Notes: generated from the letters alone by a model not told the origin. Counted from the stretch's first letter, positions 48,079-58,927 are shown. The stretch is DNA of 64,000 bases from an uncultured Ignavibacteria bacterium (GCA_903862655.1 CAIOZA010000019.1:6960-70959); one strand, 5' to 3'. Program-made: numbers and translations.

Positions 48079-48885
48079 ATGGATAACACACCAAATACAT
48101 TAAAAGAAGATGTTAAGGATTACTGGAATCAACAGGCTTGTGGCACTCAGTTTACCGATAAAGATAAATATACTTTAGAATATTTCGAAGAAATTGAAAA
48201 TAACAGATATATAGTAAGTCCTGAGATATTTTCTTTTGCACAATTTACTCGCTATCGTGGTAAAAAAATTCTCGAGATCGGCGTAGGCGCAGGGACTGAC
48301 TTTCTTCAATGGGTAAGAGCCGGAGCAGATGCGTATGGAGTTGATTTAACTGAAGAGGCAATCGATCACGTTAAGCACAGACTGAGTCTATACGATCTTC
48401 AAGCATCTGGTTATGCTGTTGCAGACAGTGAGAATCTCCCATTTGATGACAATACTTTTGATTTGGTTTACAGCTGGGGAGTTATCCATCATACGCCGAA
48501 TACAATCAAAGCTCTTGATGAAATAATTCGCGTTATGAAGCCTAACGGACAGGCTAAGATAATGATCTATCATAGACATTCTTTGCTTGCCTATTTTTTC
48601 TGGATAAAGCATGCATTATTAAAAGGTAAACCTTTTAAGTCAATTGCCGATATACTATGGTACAATATGGAAAGTATTGGAACAAAAGCTTATACCATTA
48701 ATGAAGTTGACAAAATATTGAAATCGCGAAATGTAAATATATCAGAGATAAAACCCATACTATCTTATTATGATAAACTCGAGAGATTTAACACATTCTT
48801 TAGGTTTATTGCTTCTATAGCTTCAAAGCTTTTAGGAGGTGATAAGGTTGGTTGGTTCCTTACATTTCAGTTTTCAAAAAAGTAA
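48079..48885 (+). CDS. Class I SAM-dependent methyltransferase
   Basis: Motif I ILEIGVGAGTD, motif II GVDL (acidic residue), motif post-I/III DLVYSWGVIHHTP. Confidence 0.8.
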   Translation: MDNTPNTLKEDVKDYWNQQACGTQFTDKDKYTLEYFEEIENNRYIVSPEIFSFAQFTRYRGKKILEIGVGAGTDFLQWVRAGADAYGVDLTEEAIDHVKHRLSLYDLQASGYAVADSENLPFDDNTFDLVYSWGVIHHTPNTIKALDEIIRVMKPNGQAKIMIYHRHSLLAYFFWIKHALLKGKPFKSIADILWYNMESIGTKAYTINEVDKILKSRNVNISEIKPILSYYDKLERFNTFFRFIASIASKLLGGDKVGWFLTFQFSKK

Positions 48886-48905
48886 ATTAACATAAAAGGG
48901 AATAT

Positions 48906-50279
48906 ATGCCTATAATTCGTTCTATCTCCGGCTTAAGAGCAACTTTGACTGACTTTCTTACCCCCGAATTAATATCAAAATATGTACTTTCTTTTTCATA
49001 TCTTTTGCCAGAAGGTCCAATTGTTGTTGGTCGCGATGGACGTCCTTCAGGTCAGTGGATAGAACAAATTATTGTTGGCTCTTTGATTTCAGCTGGGAGA
49101 GAAGTATTTATTCTTGGAACGGCTCCAACCCCAACAGTTCAGCTTATGACCGAGTTAAGTGAAGCAGTTGGAGGTATTGCAATTACTGCGTCACATAATC
49201 CCAAAGAATGGAATGGTCTAAAATTCATTGATTCAAATGGTGTTTTCCTGAATGGAGAGACAAATTCTAAACTTTGGGAACAATTTGATAATTTTCAATT
49301 TCTTCCAATAGCTTCTGATGTCTATTACAAATCAGTAAGTATGATGAATGCTATAGATGACCATATCGACAACATTCTGACCATACCTGTCGTAAGTAAT
49401 AACTCATTTATTCAGAAATTAGCTGAAAAACGTTACAAGGTTGTTGTTGATGCGGTTAATGCTTCAGGATCAGTAGCAATTCCGCTATTGTTGCGTAAGC
49501 TTGGATGTCAGGTGATTCCACTACACTGTGATGGATCTGGAATGTTTCCCCATACACCTGAACCTCTTCCTGAAAATCTTATCGAATTGGCTCAAGCAGT
49601 TAAAAACAACAAAGCAGACCTTGGTATAGCCGTGGATCCGGATGCAGACCGCTTAGTACTGATAGATGATAATGGCGAAGCTATTGGTGAAGAAAAAACT
49701 ATCTGTCTTGCAATTGAAGCGGTTCTTTCAAATTTTTCAGCCTTTGAGATTGGTGTTGAGCCTGCAGTTGTAGTAAATTTTTCAACTACAAGATTAGCTA
49801 AGGACATTGCAGATAAATATCTCGCAGAATTTTATCGTTCTCCGGTCGGGGAAATAAATGTTATCAACAAGATGATTGAAGTTGATGCTGTTATTGGCGG
49901 TGAAGGAAGTGGTGGCGTTATTCTACCGACATGTCATTACGGAAGAGATTCTTTGGTTGGCACTGCATTAATTTTATTCCTGATGGTAAAAAGAAATCAG
50001 TCTTTAAGTCAGATTATTGATTCGATGCCCAAATACCACATGATTAAATATAAGCAAAACTTTAGTGGAAACTTTGACGAGCTAGTTGGAAAAGCTAGAG
50101 CAGAATTTCCTGATACGGAAATCAATCTTGAAGATGGAATTCGAATAGATATTGAGATTAACAAGAGCTGGGTACAAATGAGAACTTCTAATACTGAGCC
50201 AATAGTCAGGATAATTGCTGAAGCACCAGAATTATCCGATGCTCAAAATCTAATCGATAAGATGATATCTTTGCTTTAA
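48906..50279 (+). CDS. glmM: Phosphoglucosamine mutase (alpha-D-phosphohexomutase family)
   Basis: Active-site phospho-Ser loop TASHNPKEWNGLKF; metal-binding loop (DPDADR); sugar-binding region (GGEGSGG). The N-terminus IIRSISGLRA is typical of the Bacteroidetes GlmM type. Confidence 0.8.
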   Translation: MPIIRSISGLRATLTDFLTPELISKYVLSFSYLLPEGPIVVGRDGRPSGQWIEQIIVGSLISAGREVFILGTAPTPTVQLMTELSEAVGGIAITASHNPKEWNGLKFIDSNGVFLNGETNSKLWEQFDNFQFLPIASDVYYKSVSMMNAIDDHIDNILTIPVVSNNSFIQKLAEKRYKVVVDAVNASGSVAIPLLLRKLGCQVIPLHCDGSGMFPHTPEPLPENLIELAQAVKNNKADLGIAVDPDADRLVLIDDNGEAIGEEKTICLAIEAVLSNFSAFEIGVEPAVVVNFSTTRLAKDIADKYLAEFYRSPVGEINVINKMIEVDAVIGGEGSGGVILPTCHYGRDSLVGTALILFLMVKRNQSLSQIIDSMPKYHMIKYKQNFSGNFDELVGKARAEFPDTEINLEDGIRIDIEINKSWVQMRTSNTEPIVRIIAEAPELSDAQNLIDKMISLL

Positions 50280-50330
50280 CAAGTTTGAAAGATTTGATCA
50301 CATTAGCATTTTATCAAAACAATTCGAAAA

Positions 50331-50362
50331 ACCCCGTCAATTAGATATTGACGGGGTTTTGC
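50331..50362. terminator. Bidirectional rho-independent terminator between convergent glmM and the amino acid permease gene
   Basis: AAAAACCCCGTCAA-TTAGATAT-TGACGGGGTTTTG: 9-bp GC-rich perfect stem flanked by A- and T-runs. Confidence 0.65.
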
Positions 50363-50406
50363 ATTTAATAGATTACCATTTATTTATATTGTGCTATTTG
50401 TTTGAT

Positions 50407-51933
50407 TTACTTTGTGAAATTTGCTATTTTTGAGTGATAACGTCCATAAGTAAAATATATAATAAATCCGATAGCCATCCATACGATTAATCTTAGCCAA
50501 GTATCCCAAGGTAATGCTAGCATTTGAGCAAGACATACGAAGGCTCCCAATGCAGGAATCCATGGCACAAGCGGTGTACGGAACGGTCTTTTGAGATCTG
50601 GACTTGTTTTCCTGAGTACAATTATACTAATACAAACAATTGCAAAAGCAAGAAGAGTTCCAATAGAAACCATTTCACCGAGAATACTTATAGGGAGAAT
50701 ACCAGCCAGAATCATTGCAACAATTCCGGTTATTATAGTACTGAAATAAGGTGTCTGGAATTTTGGATGTACTTTGGAGAATACACTAGGCAATAAACCA
50801 TCTTTTGCCATCGAGTAAAATATTCGTGGTTGCCCCATTAGCATAACTAGTATAACAGAGCTAAGTCCGGCTATTGCTGCTAGTTTAATAATTGGACGAA
50901 GCCAGATAAGTTTTTCACCCATAGCATTAACACCGACAGCTACTGGATCGGAAACGTTCAAAGCAGTATAACTTACGATTCCGGTTAGAACTAATGCTAC
51001 TAATATATATAGAATAGTTGAGATGGTTAAAGAACCTAATATGCCGATAGGCATATCTTTCTGCGGATTCTTAGCCTCCTGAGCAGCAGTAGAAACAGCA
51101 TCAAATCCAATATAGGCAAAGAAAATAACACCCGCCGCTCTGAGAATGCCGCTCCAACCGAAGTGTCCCCATTCACCTGTATTCGGTGGAATAAATGGTG
51201 TCCAGTTAGCCTGATTAATAAACATGTAACCAATTGCAATAAATACTATTATTACCGTGACTTTGATTACAACCATTACTGAGTTAAATCCTGCTGATTC
51301 CTTTATTCCAATCACCAGAAGGATAGTTATCATTGCAACAATAAACATAGCTGGCAGATTCAGTATTGCAGTGACATGTGGAAGAGATTGAATGTTAATC
51401 CCCTTTGTTAGAAGCTCACTTGATAACTGGGAAGTCATCTCCTTCCAGCCAATACCAGGAACATCCGCCAGCACAGTACCTGTCGCTGAAGAAAGATAAG
51501 CAGGAATGTTAATTCCGAAATCTTTTAAAAAGCTAACAACATAGCCGCTCCATCCTACAGAAACAGTAGAAGCAGCGAATAGGTATTCGAGAATTAAATC
51601 CCATCCGATGATCCATGCAAAGAATTCGCCCAGAGTAGCATAAGAATAAGTGTAAGCACTTCCGGCAATTGGTATCATAGATGCAAATTCAGCATAGCAC
51701 AAGCCTGCAAATGCACAAGCCATACCTGAAATAATAAACGATATTACTATAGCAGGACCAGCATATTGAGCCGCTGCTTGTCCTGTCAGTACAAAAATAC
51801 CTGCCCCGATAATTGCACCTATTCCCAATGTGGTTAATCCACCGGGACCAAGAACTCTTTTCAGACTCTTCTCGGTGGTTACTTCATGCATCAAAACATC
51901 CATGGATTTTTTTTGAAGAAGATTATATCCCAT
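50407..51933 (-). CDS. Amino acid permease (APC superfamily)
   Basis: 508 aa with 12 TM helices; N-terminal consensus LKR.LG...LTTLGIGAIIGAGIFVLTG... Confidence 0.85.
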   Translation of the reverse strand: MGYNLLQKKSMDVLMHEVTTEKSLKRVLGPGGLTTLGIGAIIGAGIFVLTGQAAAQYAGPAIVISFIISGMACAFAGLCYAEFASMIPIAGSAYTYSYATLGEFFAWIIGWDLILEYLFAASTVSVGWSGYVVSFLKDFGINIPAYLSSATGTVLADVPGIGWKEMTSQLSSELLTKGINIQSLPHVTAILNLPAMFIVAMITILLVIGIKESAGFNSVMVVIKVTVIIVFIAIGYMFINQANWTPFIPPNTGEWGHFGWSGILRAAGVIFFAYIGFDAVSTAAQEAKNPQKDMPIGILGSLTISTILYILVALVLTGIVSYTALNVSDPVAVGVNAMGEKLIWLRPIIKLAAIAGLSSVILVMLMGQPRIFYSMAKDGLLPSVFSKVHPKFQTPYFSTIITGIVAMILAGILPISILGEMVSIGTLLAFAIVCISIIVLRKTSPDLKRPFRTPLVPWIPALGAFVCLAQMLALPWDTWLRLIVWMAIGFIIYFTYGRYHSKIANFTK

Positions 51934-52063
51934 TTCTACCCCACTATCATAAAAAAAATTAAATATTATTATCTATAATTTGTATTTTAATTGACATCAA
52001 TTTATTTGTTTTAACAAATATATGATTTTTACTATATTTTTTTCGAAATATTAAGAATTATTT

Positions 52064-53668
52064 GTGAAATTTCGCCAAAATCATATTTCTCAATACTTAT
52101 TAATCATTCTTACCACATCCATCATACCTTTGATGGTACTTTTTTTCTATCCGGATAAGATCGTAAATCTTTTCTATAATGATGCATTCTACTATTTTAC
52201 AATAGCGACTAATTATCTTCATAAAGGTGTTTTCTCATTTGATGGAATAAATCCCACCAATGGATTCCATCCTCTTTGGCAAATAATTACTATAGTGCTA
52301 TTTAAAATAGCATCAAATAGTGACTTTAAGATTATTCTTACATTGTTGGTTTGTATTGTTCTTACATCATCAGCAAATATTCTTTTTTTCAGTTCTGCTT
52401 ATAAAATAACTAAGTCTAAACTTTTAGCATTTATAACAATCATTCCCGGATATTTTTATTTAATTTTTGGACTTGCAATTGGTAAGCACTATTCAATCAT
52501 ATCTCCTGTAAATGGCATGGAGACTTCTATTTCGTTATTTTTATTTTCTTTGCTCCTGTACTTTTTAATAAGATGTTCCGAAGGAAAGCAGTTTTATAGA
52601 TTTAAATATTACACTATTTCTTTGCTAGTTTCATTGCTTTTTCTGAGTAGACTGGATGAAATATTTATTATTTACACATTACTTTTGTATGTCTTCTTCA
52701 GTTCGGATAAATCGAATAGATTATTGAATTCGATTAAGTTTTTAGTCTTTCCTATTCTAATGATATCCGGATATTTAATTTATAATCAATTATCAACTGG
52801 TATGCTCTTACCTGTTAGCGGATTGCAGAAATCAGGGTTTTCATTTGATAATGTTGTGCATATTATCCGTGGACTATTCTTAGGACGTTCTTTTAATTAT
52901 TTCTGGGGAGAGCATTTGTATTCAAGAATTCTACCCATTGTTTATGTATTAATTGCTACTGGCTTTTTCCTAGTATTATTTTTTAAAAAGTCATTTAACA
53001 AAAATAATTCTCTTATTGCTCCACTTGCATACATTGCGATGGCTTCAATATTAAAATTAACCTATCATATATTCTTTACTAATCTCTGGGATCAGGGACA
53101 ATGGTACTACAATATTGACATAATAACTAGTAATATTATTGTTGCTTATTTTATCATTACAAGGTATCCATCAATTTTGAAAATAAAGTACATAAGCATT
53201 TACTCAGCTATTTTGATATTATGTGTGTTATTTTGGAATGCATTCGCGAATTTGACAACTGAAACCAGAAATGAAATGTTATGGAGAAATAGAGAAAAAA
53301 TCAAAAATGAAATCATCAAAATAGATAAATTCCCAAAAATAATTGAAATGGATGACGGGATAGTTACTTATGCCTTGGGATTTCGGGCATTATCTGGTTT
53401 TGGGTTATGTATGGATAAAGAAGCATTCAAAGCAAAAAATTCTGGAAAGTTATTTGACCTAGCATATAAAAGAGGATATAGGTACATAGCGTCGTTAAAT
53501 TATTTTAAAAATCCTGATAATATTCCAAATACATTGAATAATTATAAGGATTTTGTTTCAATCCCATTTTTTGCATTAGAAAAACAAGACCTTGATTTTT
53601 GGCAATTTCAGTCAATCTACTCTAACAATTTAACAGGATTTGTACTAATAAAATTTGAAAAAAAATAG
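52064..53668 (+). CDS. Hypothetical polytopic membrane protein; candidate GT-C-fold glycosyltransferase
   Basis: GTG start. About 11 TM helices in residues 1-390, with a short acidic/aromatic first external loop (NLFYNDAFYYFTIA) right after TM1. Followed by a ~145-aa soluble C-terminal domain. This is the general layout of GT-C enzymes. No specific family recognised by eye. Confidence 0.5.
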   Translation: MKFRQNHISQYLLIILTTSIIPLMVLFFYPDKIVNLFYNDAFYYFTIATNYLHKGVFSFDGINPTNGFHPLWQIITIVLFKIASNSDFKIILTLLVCIVLTSSANILFFSSAYKITKSKLLAFITIIPGYFYLIFGLAIGKHYSIISPVNGMETSISLFLFSLLLYFLIRCSEGKQFYRFKYYTISLLVSLLFLSRLDEIFIIYTLLLYVFFSSDKSNRLLNSIKFLVFPILMISGYLIYNQLSTGMLLPVSGLQKSGFSFDNVVHIIRGLFLGRSFNYFWGEHLYSRILPIVYVLIATGFFLVLFFKKSFNKNNSLIAPLAYIAMASILKLTYHIFFTNLWDQGQWYYNIDIITSNIIVAYFIITRYPSILKIKYISIYSAILILCVLFWNAFANLTTETRNEMLWRNREKIKNEIIKIDKFPKIIEMDDGIVTYALGFRALSGFGLCMDKEAFKAKNSGKLFDLAYKRGYRYIASLNYFKNPDNIPNTLNNYKDFVSIPFFALEKQDLDFWQFQSIYSNNLTGFVLIKFEKK

Positions 53669-53795
53669 CATTATACAAGTCCAATCCTTATATTTGTAAT
53701 ACTTATCTTAGCATAAAATTTGAAATATAAAGCTTTTATGTTATTACAACCGTCAAATAAATAACTGTTTATTATTCATTTATAGTTAAAGTATT

Positions 53796-54524
53796 ATGGG
53801 AATATTAAGTTACTTACAATCATCGATCCTGAGTAAAATCGTGATGGCAGTAACCGGAGCAATGCTTGTTGGATACATTGTTATTCATACAGCAGGAAAC
53901 TTACTGATTTATAGTGGACAAGATGCGATTAATTCTTATTCGCAATTCCTACATAGTCTCGGACCAGTACTCTGGATTGCTCGTATTGTTTTACTCCTGG
54001 CATTAATTCTGCATATTTGGACATCCATTGTCCTCAAGGTTTCAAGCAACGAAGCAAAACCTGAGAAATATGCTGTAAAAAATTATTTTAAAGCAAAACT
54101 GACATCCAGAACAATGCTCTGGACAGGTGTTGCAGTTTTTCTGTTTGTTGTCTATCATGTCTCACATCTTACATTGCACATTACAAATCCTGAGCATGTT
54201 GTCAATCAGATGTATTTACCTCACGGTTTACATTTGTCTTCAGCAGCTTCGGCTTTATCTTATGAGAGAACTGATGTTTACAGAATGGTAATTCTTGGTT
54301 TTCAGAATCCACTGATATCATTAGTGTATATGATAGCTGTTACAATTGTAGGATTCCATCTAAATCATGCAGTTCAGAGTATGTTTCAGACACTAGGCTT
54401 GAATCATCCCAAGTATTTTCCTACAATTCAGAAATCTAGTGTGGCTTTGTCATTTATTATTATTTTTTGCCTTATATCAATTCCCATTTCCGTTTTATTA
54501 AAACTAATTGGAGGTAATTTATGA
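53796..54524 (+). CDS. sdhC: Succinate dehydrogenase / fumarate reductase dihaem cytochrome b subunit (Bacteroides type)
   Basis: 242-aa, five-TM cytochrome b with His ligands spaced as in the single-anchor type B SQR/QFR enzymes (...[12 protein letters not shown]...; ...ILHIWTS...; ...VYHVSHL...; ...GFHLNHA...). Precedes sdhA and sdhB. Confidence 0.8.
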   Translation: MGILSYLQSSILSKIVMAVTGAMLVGYIVIHTAGNLLIYSGQDAINSYSQFLHSLGPVLWIARIVLLLALILHIWTSIVLKVSSNEAKPEKYAVKNYFKAKLTSRTMLWTGVAVFLFVVYHVSHLTLHITNPEHVVNQMYLPHGLHLSSAASALSYERTDVYRMVILGFQNPLISLVYMIAVTIVGFHLNHAVQSMFQTLGLNHPKYFPTIQKSSVALSFIIIFCLISIPISVLLKLIGGNL

Positions 54525-56434
54525 ATTTAGATGCTAAAATACCTTCAGGGCAAATCAAGGATAAATGGGACAAATACCGTTTTGACATGAAATTAATAAA
54601 TGCAGCAAATAAAAGAAAATATAAAATCCTTGTCGTAGGAACCGGCCTTGCAGGAGCATCTGCGGCTGCTTCCATGGCAGAATTAGGTTATCAGGTTGAA
54701 GCTTTTACTTATGCAGATAGCCCTCGTAGAGCTCACAGTATAGCAGCACAGGGCGGTATAAATGCCGCTAAAAACTACACAAATGATGGTGACAGCGTTT
54801 GGCGTTTGTTTTACGATACTGTTAAAGGCGGAGATTTCAGAGCCCGTGAAGCCAATGTTTACCGACTTGCTCAGGTAAGCAATAGCATTATAGATCAGTG
54901 TGTTGCTCAGGGAGTTCCTTTTGCACGCGAATATGGTGGATTGCTTGACAATAGATCTTTTGGGGGTGCACAGGTTTCTCGTACATTTTACGCTAGGGGT
55001 CAAACAGGACAGCAATTACTTTTAGGAGCATACTCAGCATTATCCCGCCAAATCGGTAAAAAAGCTGTTACTCAACATCTTAGAAAGGAAATGCTAGACG
55101 TAGTTATCATTGATGGCTACGCAAGAGGAATAATAACACGTGACCTTGTGACAGGCAAGATAGAATCACATTGGGGTGATGCTGTTGTGTTAGCTACAGG
55201 AGGTTATGGTAACGTATTTTATCTTTCTACAAATGCTCAGGCTTGCAACGTAACGGCTACTTACAGAGCTTATAAAAAAGGCGCGGCTTTTGCCAATCCA
55301 TGTTATACACAAATACATCCTACATGTATTCCTGTAAGTGGTGATCATCAGTCTAAACTAACATTGATGAGTGAATCCCTCAGAAATGATGGCAGAATCT
55401 GGGTTCCTAAGAAACAGAACGATAAGCGAGCACCCAGCCAGATTCCTGAAGATGAAAGAGATTATTATCTCGAAAGAAAATACCCCAGTTTTGGGAATTT
55501 ATCACCTCGCGACATTTCGTCCAGAGCGGCAAAAGAAGCCTGTGATGATGGTAGAGGAATTAGTTCAACAGGATATGGTGTTTACCTTGACTTTGAAGAT
55601 GCCATTAATCGACTTGGTAAAAATGTTATCGAAGAACGTTATGGTAATCTTTTCGAGATGTACGAAAGAATCACAGGAGATAATCCTTACGAAACTCCAA
55701 TGATGATATACCCTGCTTCCCATTATACAATGGGTGGTTTGTGGGTTGATTACAATCTTATGAGTACAATTCCTGGTCTCCACGTAATCGGTGAGGCAAA
55801 CTTCTCCGACCATGGAGCTAATAGACTTGGTGCGAGTGCTTTGATGCAGGGCCTTGGCGACGGTTATTTTGTTCTTCCATATACAATTGGGCATTTTCTT
55901 GCTACAAACAAACTCGAAAAAGTATCTACTGATCATCCTGAATTCAAAAAAGCAGAAAGTGATGCCAATCAAAAGATACATAAACTGCTGAATATAAATG
56001 GCAAGAAGACTCCATCTGAATTCCACCGTGAATTAGGAAAGACAATGTGGGACTTATGCGGAATGGGACGTAACGAAGAACGTTTGAAAAAGGCACTAGA
56101 AATTATTCCTCAGATTCGTAGTGAGTTCTGGGAAAACTTAACAATTACAGGAGTTAACGAGGATTACAACATTGTTCTTGAAAAGGCTCTACGCGTAGCA
56201 GATTTTCTGGAATTTGCTGAAGTTCTGGTTTGGGATGCTCTCGAACGTGATGAATCCTGTGGTGCACACTTTCGCGAAGAGCACCAGTATCCGGATGGTG
56301 AAGCAATGCGTGATGATGAAAAATTCTGTCACGTAGCTGCTTGGGAATATCAGGGTGACAGTACAAAGCCTATTAGACACGTTGAACCACTTGTATTTGA
56401 AGATGTGAAATTAGCAGTGAGGAGTTATAAATAA
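54521..56434 (+). CDS. sdhA: Succinate dehydrogenase / fumarate reductase flavoprotein subunit
   Basis: [14 protein letters not shown] dinucleotide fold, the covalent-FAD His region ([14 protein letters not shown]), the active-site R and H-P-T motifs and a C-terminal helical domain; 637 aa. Confidence 0.95.
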   Translation: MNLDAKIPSGQIKDKWDKYRFDMKLINAANKRKYKILVVGTGLAGASAAASMAELGYQVEAFTYADSPRRAHSIAAQGGINAAKNYTNDGDSVWRLFYDTVKGGDFRAREANVYRLAQVSNSIIDQCVAQGVPFAREYGGLLDNRSFGGAQVSRTFYARGQTGQQLLLGAYSALSRQIGKKAVTQHLRKEMLDVVIIDGYARGIITRDLVTGKIESHWGDAVVLATGGYGNVFYLSTNAQACNVTATYRAYKKGAAFANPCYTQIHPTCIPVSGDHQSKLTLMSESLRNDGRIWVPKKQNDKRAPSQIPEDERDYYLERKYPSFGNLSPRDISSRAAKEACDDGRGISSTGYGVYLDFEDAINRLGKNVIEERYGNLFEMYERITGDNPYETPMMIYPASHYTMGGLWVDYNLMSTIPGLHVIGEANFSDHGANRLGASALMQGLGDGYFVLPYTIGHFLATNKLEKVSTDHPEFKKAESDANQKIHKLLNINGKKTPSEFHRELGKTMWDLCGMGRNEERLKKALEIIPQIRSEFWENLTITGVNEDYNIVLEKALRVADFLEFAEVLVWDALERDESCGAHFREEHQYPDGEAMRDDEKFCHVAAWEYQGDSTKPIRHVEPLVFEDVKLAVRSYK

Positions 56435-57183
56435 TGAAACTGAAACTACACGTATGGAGACAGAAGTACGGCAAATCAAAGGGTTATTTCGAACAGCATG
56501 ATGTTGATTATGTTTCGGAAGATATGTCATTCCTAGAAATGCTAGATGTTCTTAATGAAAAACTTCTAAAGTCTGCCAAAGAACCTATTGCATTCGATCA
56601 CGACTGCCGCGAAGGTATCTGCGGTTGCTGCTCTCTTACAATCAATGGCAATCCTCACGGACCAGAGAAAGCAACAACAACATGCCAATTGCACATGAGA
56701 AAATTCAAAGATGGCGAAACTGTTTATATCGAACCATTCAGAGCTAAGGCATTCCCTGTAATCAAGGATCTTGTTGTGGACAGGACTTCACTCGACACAA
56801 TCATTCAGTCAGGTGGATTCATTAGCGTCAACACTAATCAACCTCAGGATGCAAATGCACTTCCTGTTGACAAGAAACAGGCTGATCTGGCAATGGATGC
56901 TGCCTCATGTATAGGTTGCGGTGCGTGTGTTGCATCATGCCCCAATAGTGCCGCTATGCTCTTTGTTTCTGCAAAGGTATCTCACATGGGTCTTTTACCT
57001 CAGGGACAACCAGAACGAAAGAAAAGAGTTTTGGCAATGGTAAACACTATGGATGCCGAAGGCTTTGGTACCTGCAGAAACTTCTATGAATGTGAAGCCG
57101 CATGTCCAAAAGAAATTTCGGTACGATTCATTGCGAGGATGAACAGAGATTTTCTGAAGGCTAGTTTGTCAAAGGAAGATTAA
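56434..57183 (+). CDS. sdhB: Succinate dehydrogenase / fumarate reductase iron-sulfur subunit
   Basis: 2Fe-2S ([10 protein letters not shown]), 4Fe-4S ([12 protein letters not shown]) and 3Fe-4S ([12 protein letters not shown]) Cys motifs. Confidence 0.9.
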   Translation: MKLKLHVWRQKYGKSKGYFEQHDVDYVSEDMSFLEMLDVLNEKLLKSAKEPIAFDHDCREGICGCCSLTINGNPHGPEKATTTCQLHMRKFKDGETVYIEPFRAKAFPVIKDLVVDRTSLDTIIQSGGFISVNTNQPQDANALPVDKKQADLAMDAASCIGCGACVASCPNSAAMLFVSAKVSHMGLLPQGQPERKKRVLAMVNTMDAEGFGTCRNFYECEAACPKEISVRFIARMNRDFLKASLSKED

Positions 57184-57214
57184 TTCCAGTTTAAATATAT
57201 TTTTTATTTATAAG

Positions 57215-57240
57215 GTGGCTTCAAATGCCACCTTTTTTTG
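57215..57240 (+). terminator. Rho-independent terminator of the sdhCAB operon
   Basis: GGTGGC-TTCAAAT-GCCACC followed by TTTTTTTG. Confidence 0.7.
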
Positions 57241-57266
57241 TGCGACATCTATAACAAATGTAATAA

Positions 57267-58172
57267 TTAGCTACTAAATACACCTTCTTTTCCTGATTTT
57301 ATTTTAGGCAAAAGGATCCCACCGATTATTAATATTAAACCAAAGAATGTTGACTCTAGAATACTTTCTCCTATTACCAAACTGATAAAAAATAAAGATA
57401 AAAAAGGAGACAAATAGACGAAAGCACTAACCTTTGCCGTATTTTCTGATAAACTTAATGCTCTAAGCCAAAAGACAAATGTTAGCCCCATCTCAAACAG
57501 GCCGATATAAAATGAACCAATTATTCCCGAAAAACTAAAATTTTGTAAGAATAAATCCCCATTAATTAAAACTAAAATTAAACAAAAAATAAAACCAAAA
57601 AAAAAGCTCAGAAATAGTTTAAGAGTGCCATCCTGTTTCATTTTTAAATTAAGTATCCAGAATGTTGACCAGATTAGAGAACTAGAAACAGCGAGAATTG
57701 TTCCTAATAAATTATTAAATTTTAATGCAAATAAATCTCCTTTTGTTCCAATTAATACAACTCCGAAAAAACTTAAAATCAGACCAATAAGAGTAAGCGC
57801 ATTTATCTTTTGTTTTAAAAATACTGCAGAGAATATCACTATGCTCATTATCCATGTGTAATTTAGAGTCAGTGCTTCCTGAGCAGGTAATAGTTCGTAA
57901 GCTCTAAATAACACGAGATAATAGAGAAATGGGTTCAGAAACCCAATCAACGCAAATACTAAAATATCCTTGAAATTCAATTCTTTGAATAACTTAATCT
58001 TACCTGTAAAGATAAGAATAAAAAGTAAAGCAACAGATGCTATAAAAGAAGATTGGAGAAGAAGATGAGTTGAATTTAATTCATTAAGTGAGAGCTTAAA
58101 AGCTGTAGCTACTGTTGACCATAAACAGACTGAGATCAATGCATAAACATAAGCTTTATTGCTGTTATTCAT
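57267..58172 (-). CDS. EamA/DMT-superfamily transporter, last gene of the polyprenyl-P-arabinose operon
   Basis: 301 aa, 10 TM helices, duplicated EamA halves. Starts 7 nt after the stop of the dprE2-like gene on the same strand. Confidence 0.8.
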   Translation of the reverse strand: MNNSNKAYVYALISVCLWSTVATAFKLSLNELNSTHLLLQSSFIASVALLFILIFTGKIKLFKELNFKDILVFALIGFLNPFLYYLVLFRAYELLPAQEALTLNYTWIMSIVIFSAVFLKQKINALTLIGLILSFFGVVLIGTKGDLFALKFNNLLGTILAVSSSLIWSTFWILNLKMKQDGTLKLFLSFFFGFIFCLILVLINGDLFLQNFSFSGIIGSFYIGLFEMGLTFVFWLRALSLSENTAKVSAFVYLSPFLSLFFISLVIGESILESTFFGLILIIGGILLPKIKSGKEGVFSS

Positions 58173-58179
58173 ACTTAAC

Positions 58180-58914
58180 CTAGAGATTCATTTTTTTAAA
58201 TATTGCTTCAGGAATATGCATAACTATAAACATTACTATTCTCCAAAAACCAGGAACGTAAGCTATGTCCTTTTTTTTCTCTATAGCATTAAAAATATGT
58301 TTACCGACAATTTCCGATGATGAAAATAATGGATTCTTTGGGATATCAGCTGTCATTGGAGAATCAACAAGACCAGGTTTAATTGTAATAATTGTTACTC
58401 CAGTTCCGGACAAACGATTTCTTAATCCTTGTAGGAAAATTGATAATCCCCCTTTTGCTGAGCCATATATATAATTACTCTTTCGTCCTCTATCCCCTGC
58501 TACAGATGTTATAACAGCTAGAATTCCTGAATTTCTCTTTTCAAAATATTCAGCAAATATTGAACTCAAAGTAGCAGCTGAAATAAAATTTATACTTAAT
58601 TGCTTTTGTATTTCGTTTGGCTTATTTAATATATCCTCTTGATTAGGTAATGTCCCGTATGCAATAAACGCTACATCGAAATTTCCAAAATCCTGTATAA
58701 TTTTTTCAAAAAGTTGTTCCTGCATATTAATATTTGAAATCTCCCATTCAAAAATTGAAGGAAGTACACCAGTCGCAACAAAAATATCATTCTTAACAGA
58801 TTCAAGTCTGTTAAAATTAATATCAACCAGTAAAACTTCAAGGTCTTTTTTAGCAAACTGCTTTATCGTTGCGACTGCGATTGCTGAGGTTCCGCCTATA
58901 ACTACTAACTTCAT
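58180..58914 (-). CDS. dprE2: DprE2 homologue: short-chain dehydrogenase/reductase, decaprenylphospho-2'-keto-D-erythro-pentofuranose 2'-reductase family
   Basis: Collinear match to mycobacterial DprE2 (Rv3791) over the full length: VVIGGTSAIAVAT vs LLLGGTSEIGLAI; FDVAFIAYGTLPN vs VDVAIVAFGLLGD; YGSAKGGLSIF vs YGSTKAGLDGF; C-terminus WRIVMFIVMHIPEAIFKK vs FRYVMMVLRHIPRSIFRK. Confidence 0.8.
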   Translation of the reverse strand: MKLVVIGGTSAIAVATIKQFAKKDLEVLLVDINFNRLESVKNDIFVATGVLPSIFEWEISNINMQEQLFEKIIQDFGNFDVAFIAYGTLPNQEDILNKPNEIQKQLSINFISAATLSSIFAEYFEKRNSGILAVITSVAGDRGRKSNYIYGSAKGGLSIFLQGLRNRLSGTGVTIITIKPGLVDSPMTADIPKNPLFSSSEIVGKHIFNAIEKKKDIAYVPGFWRIVMFIVMHIPEAIFKKMNL

Positions 58915-58927
58915 AGTTTAACTTTCA

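Noticed and set aside
55371-56380. Short ORFs overlapping sdhA on both strands (55371-55703, 55565-56026, 56154-56366, 56189-56380)
   Set aside because: They overlap the flavoprotein subunit gene, which has unmistakable conservation; alternative-frame artefacts.
58265-58856. Small ORFs 58265-58474 (+) and 58671-58856 (-) within the dprE2-like gene
   Set aside because: Antisense or alternative-frame to a gene with full-length collinear similarity to DprE2.
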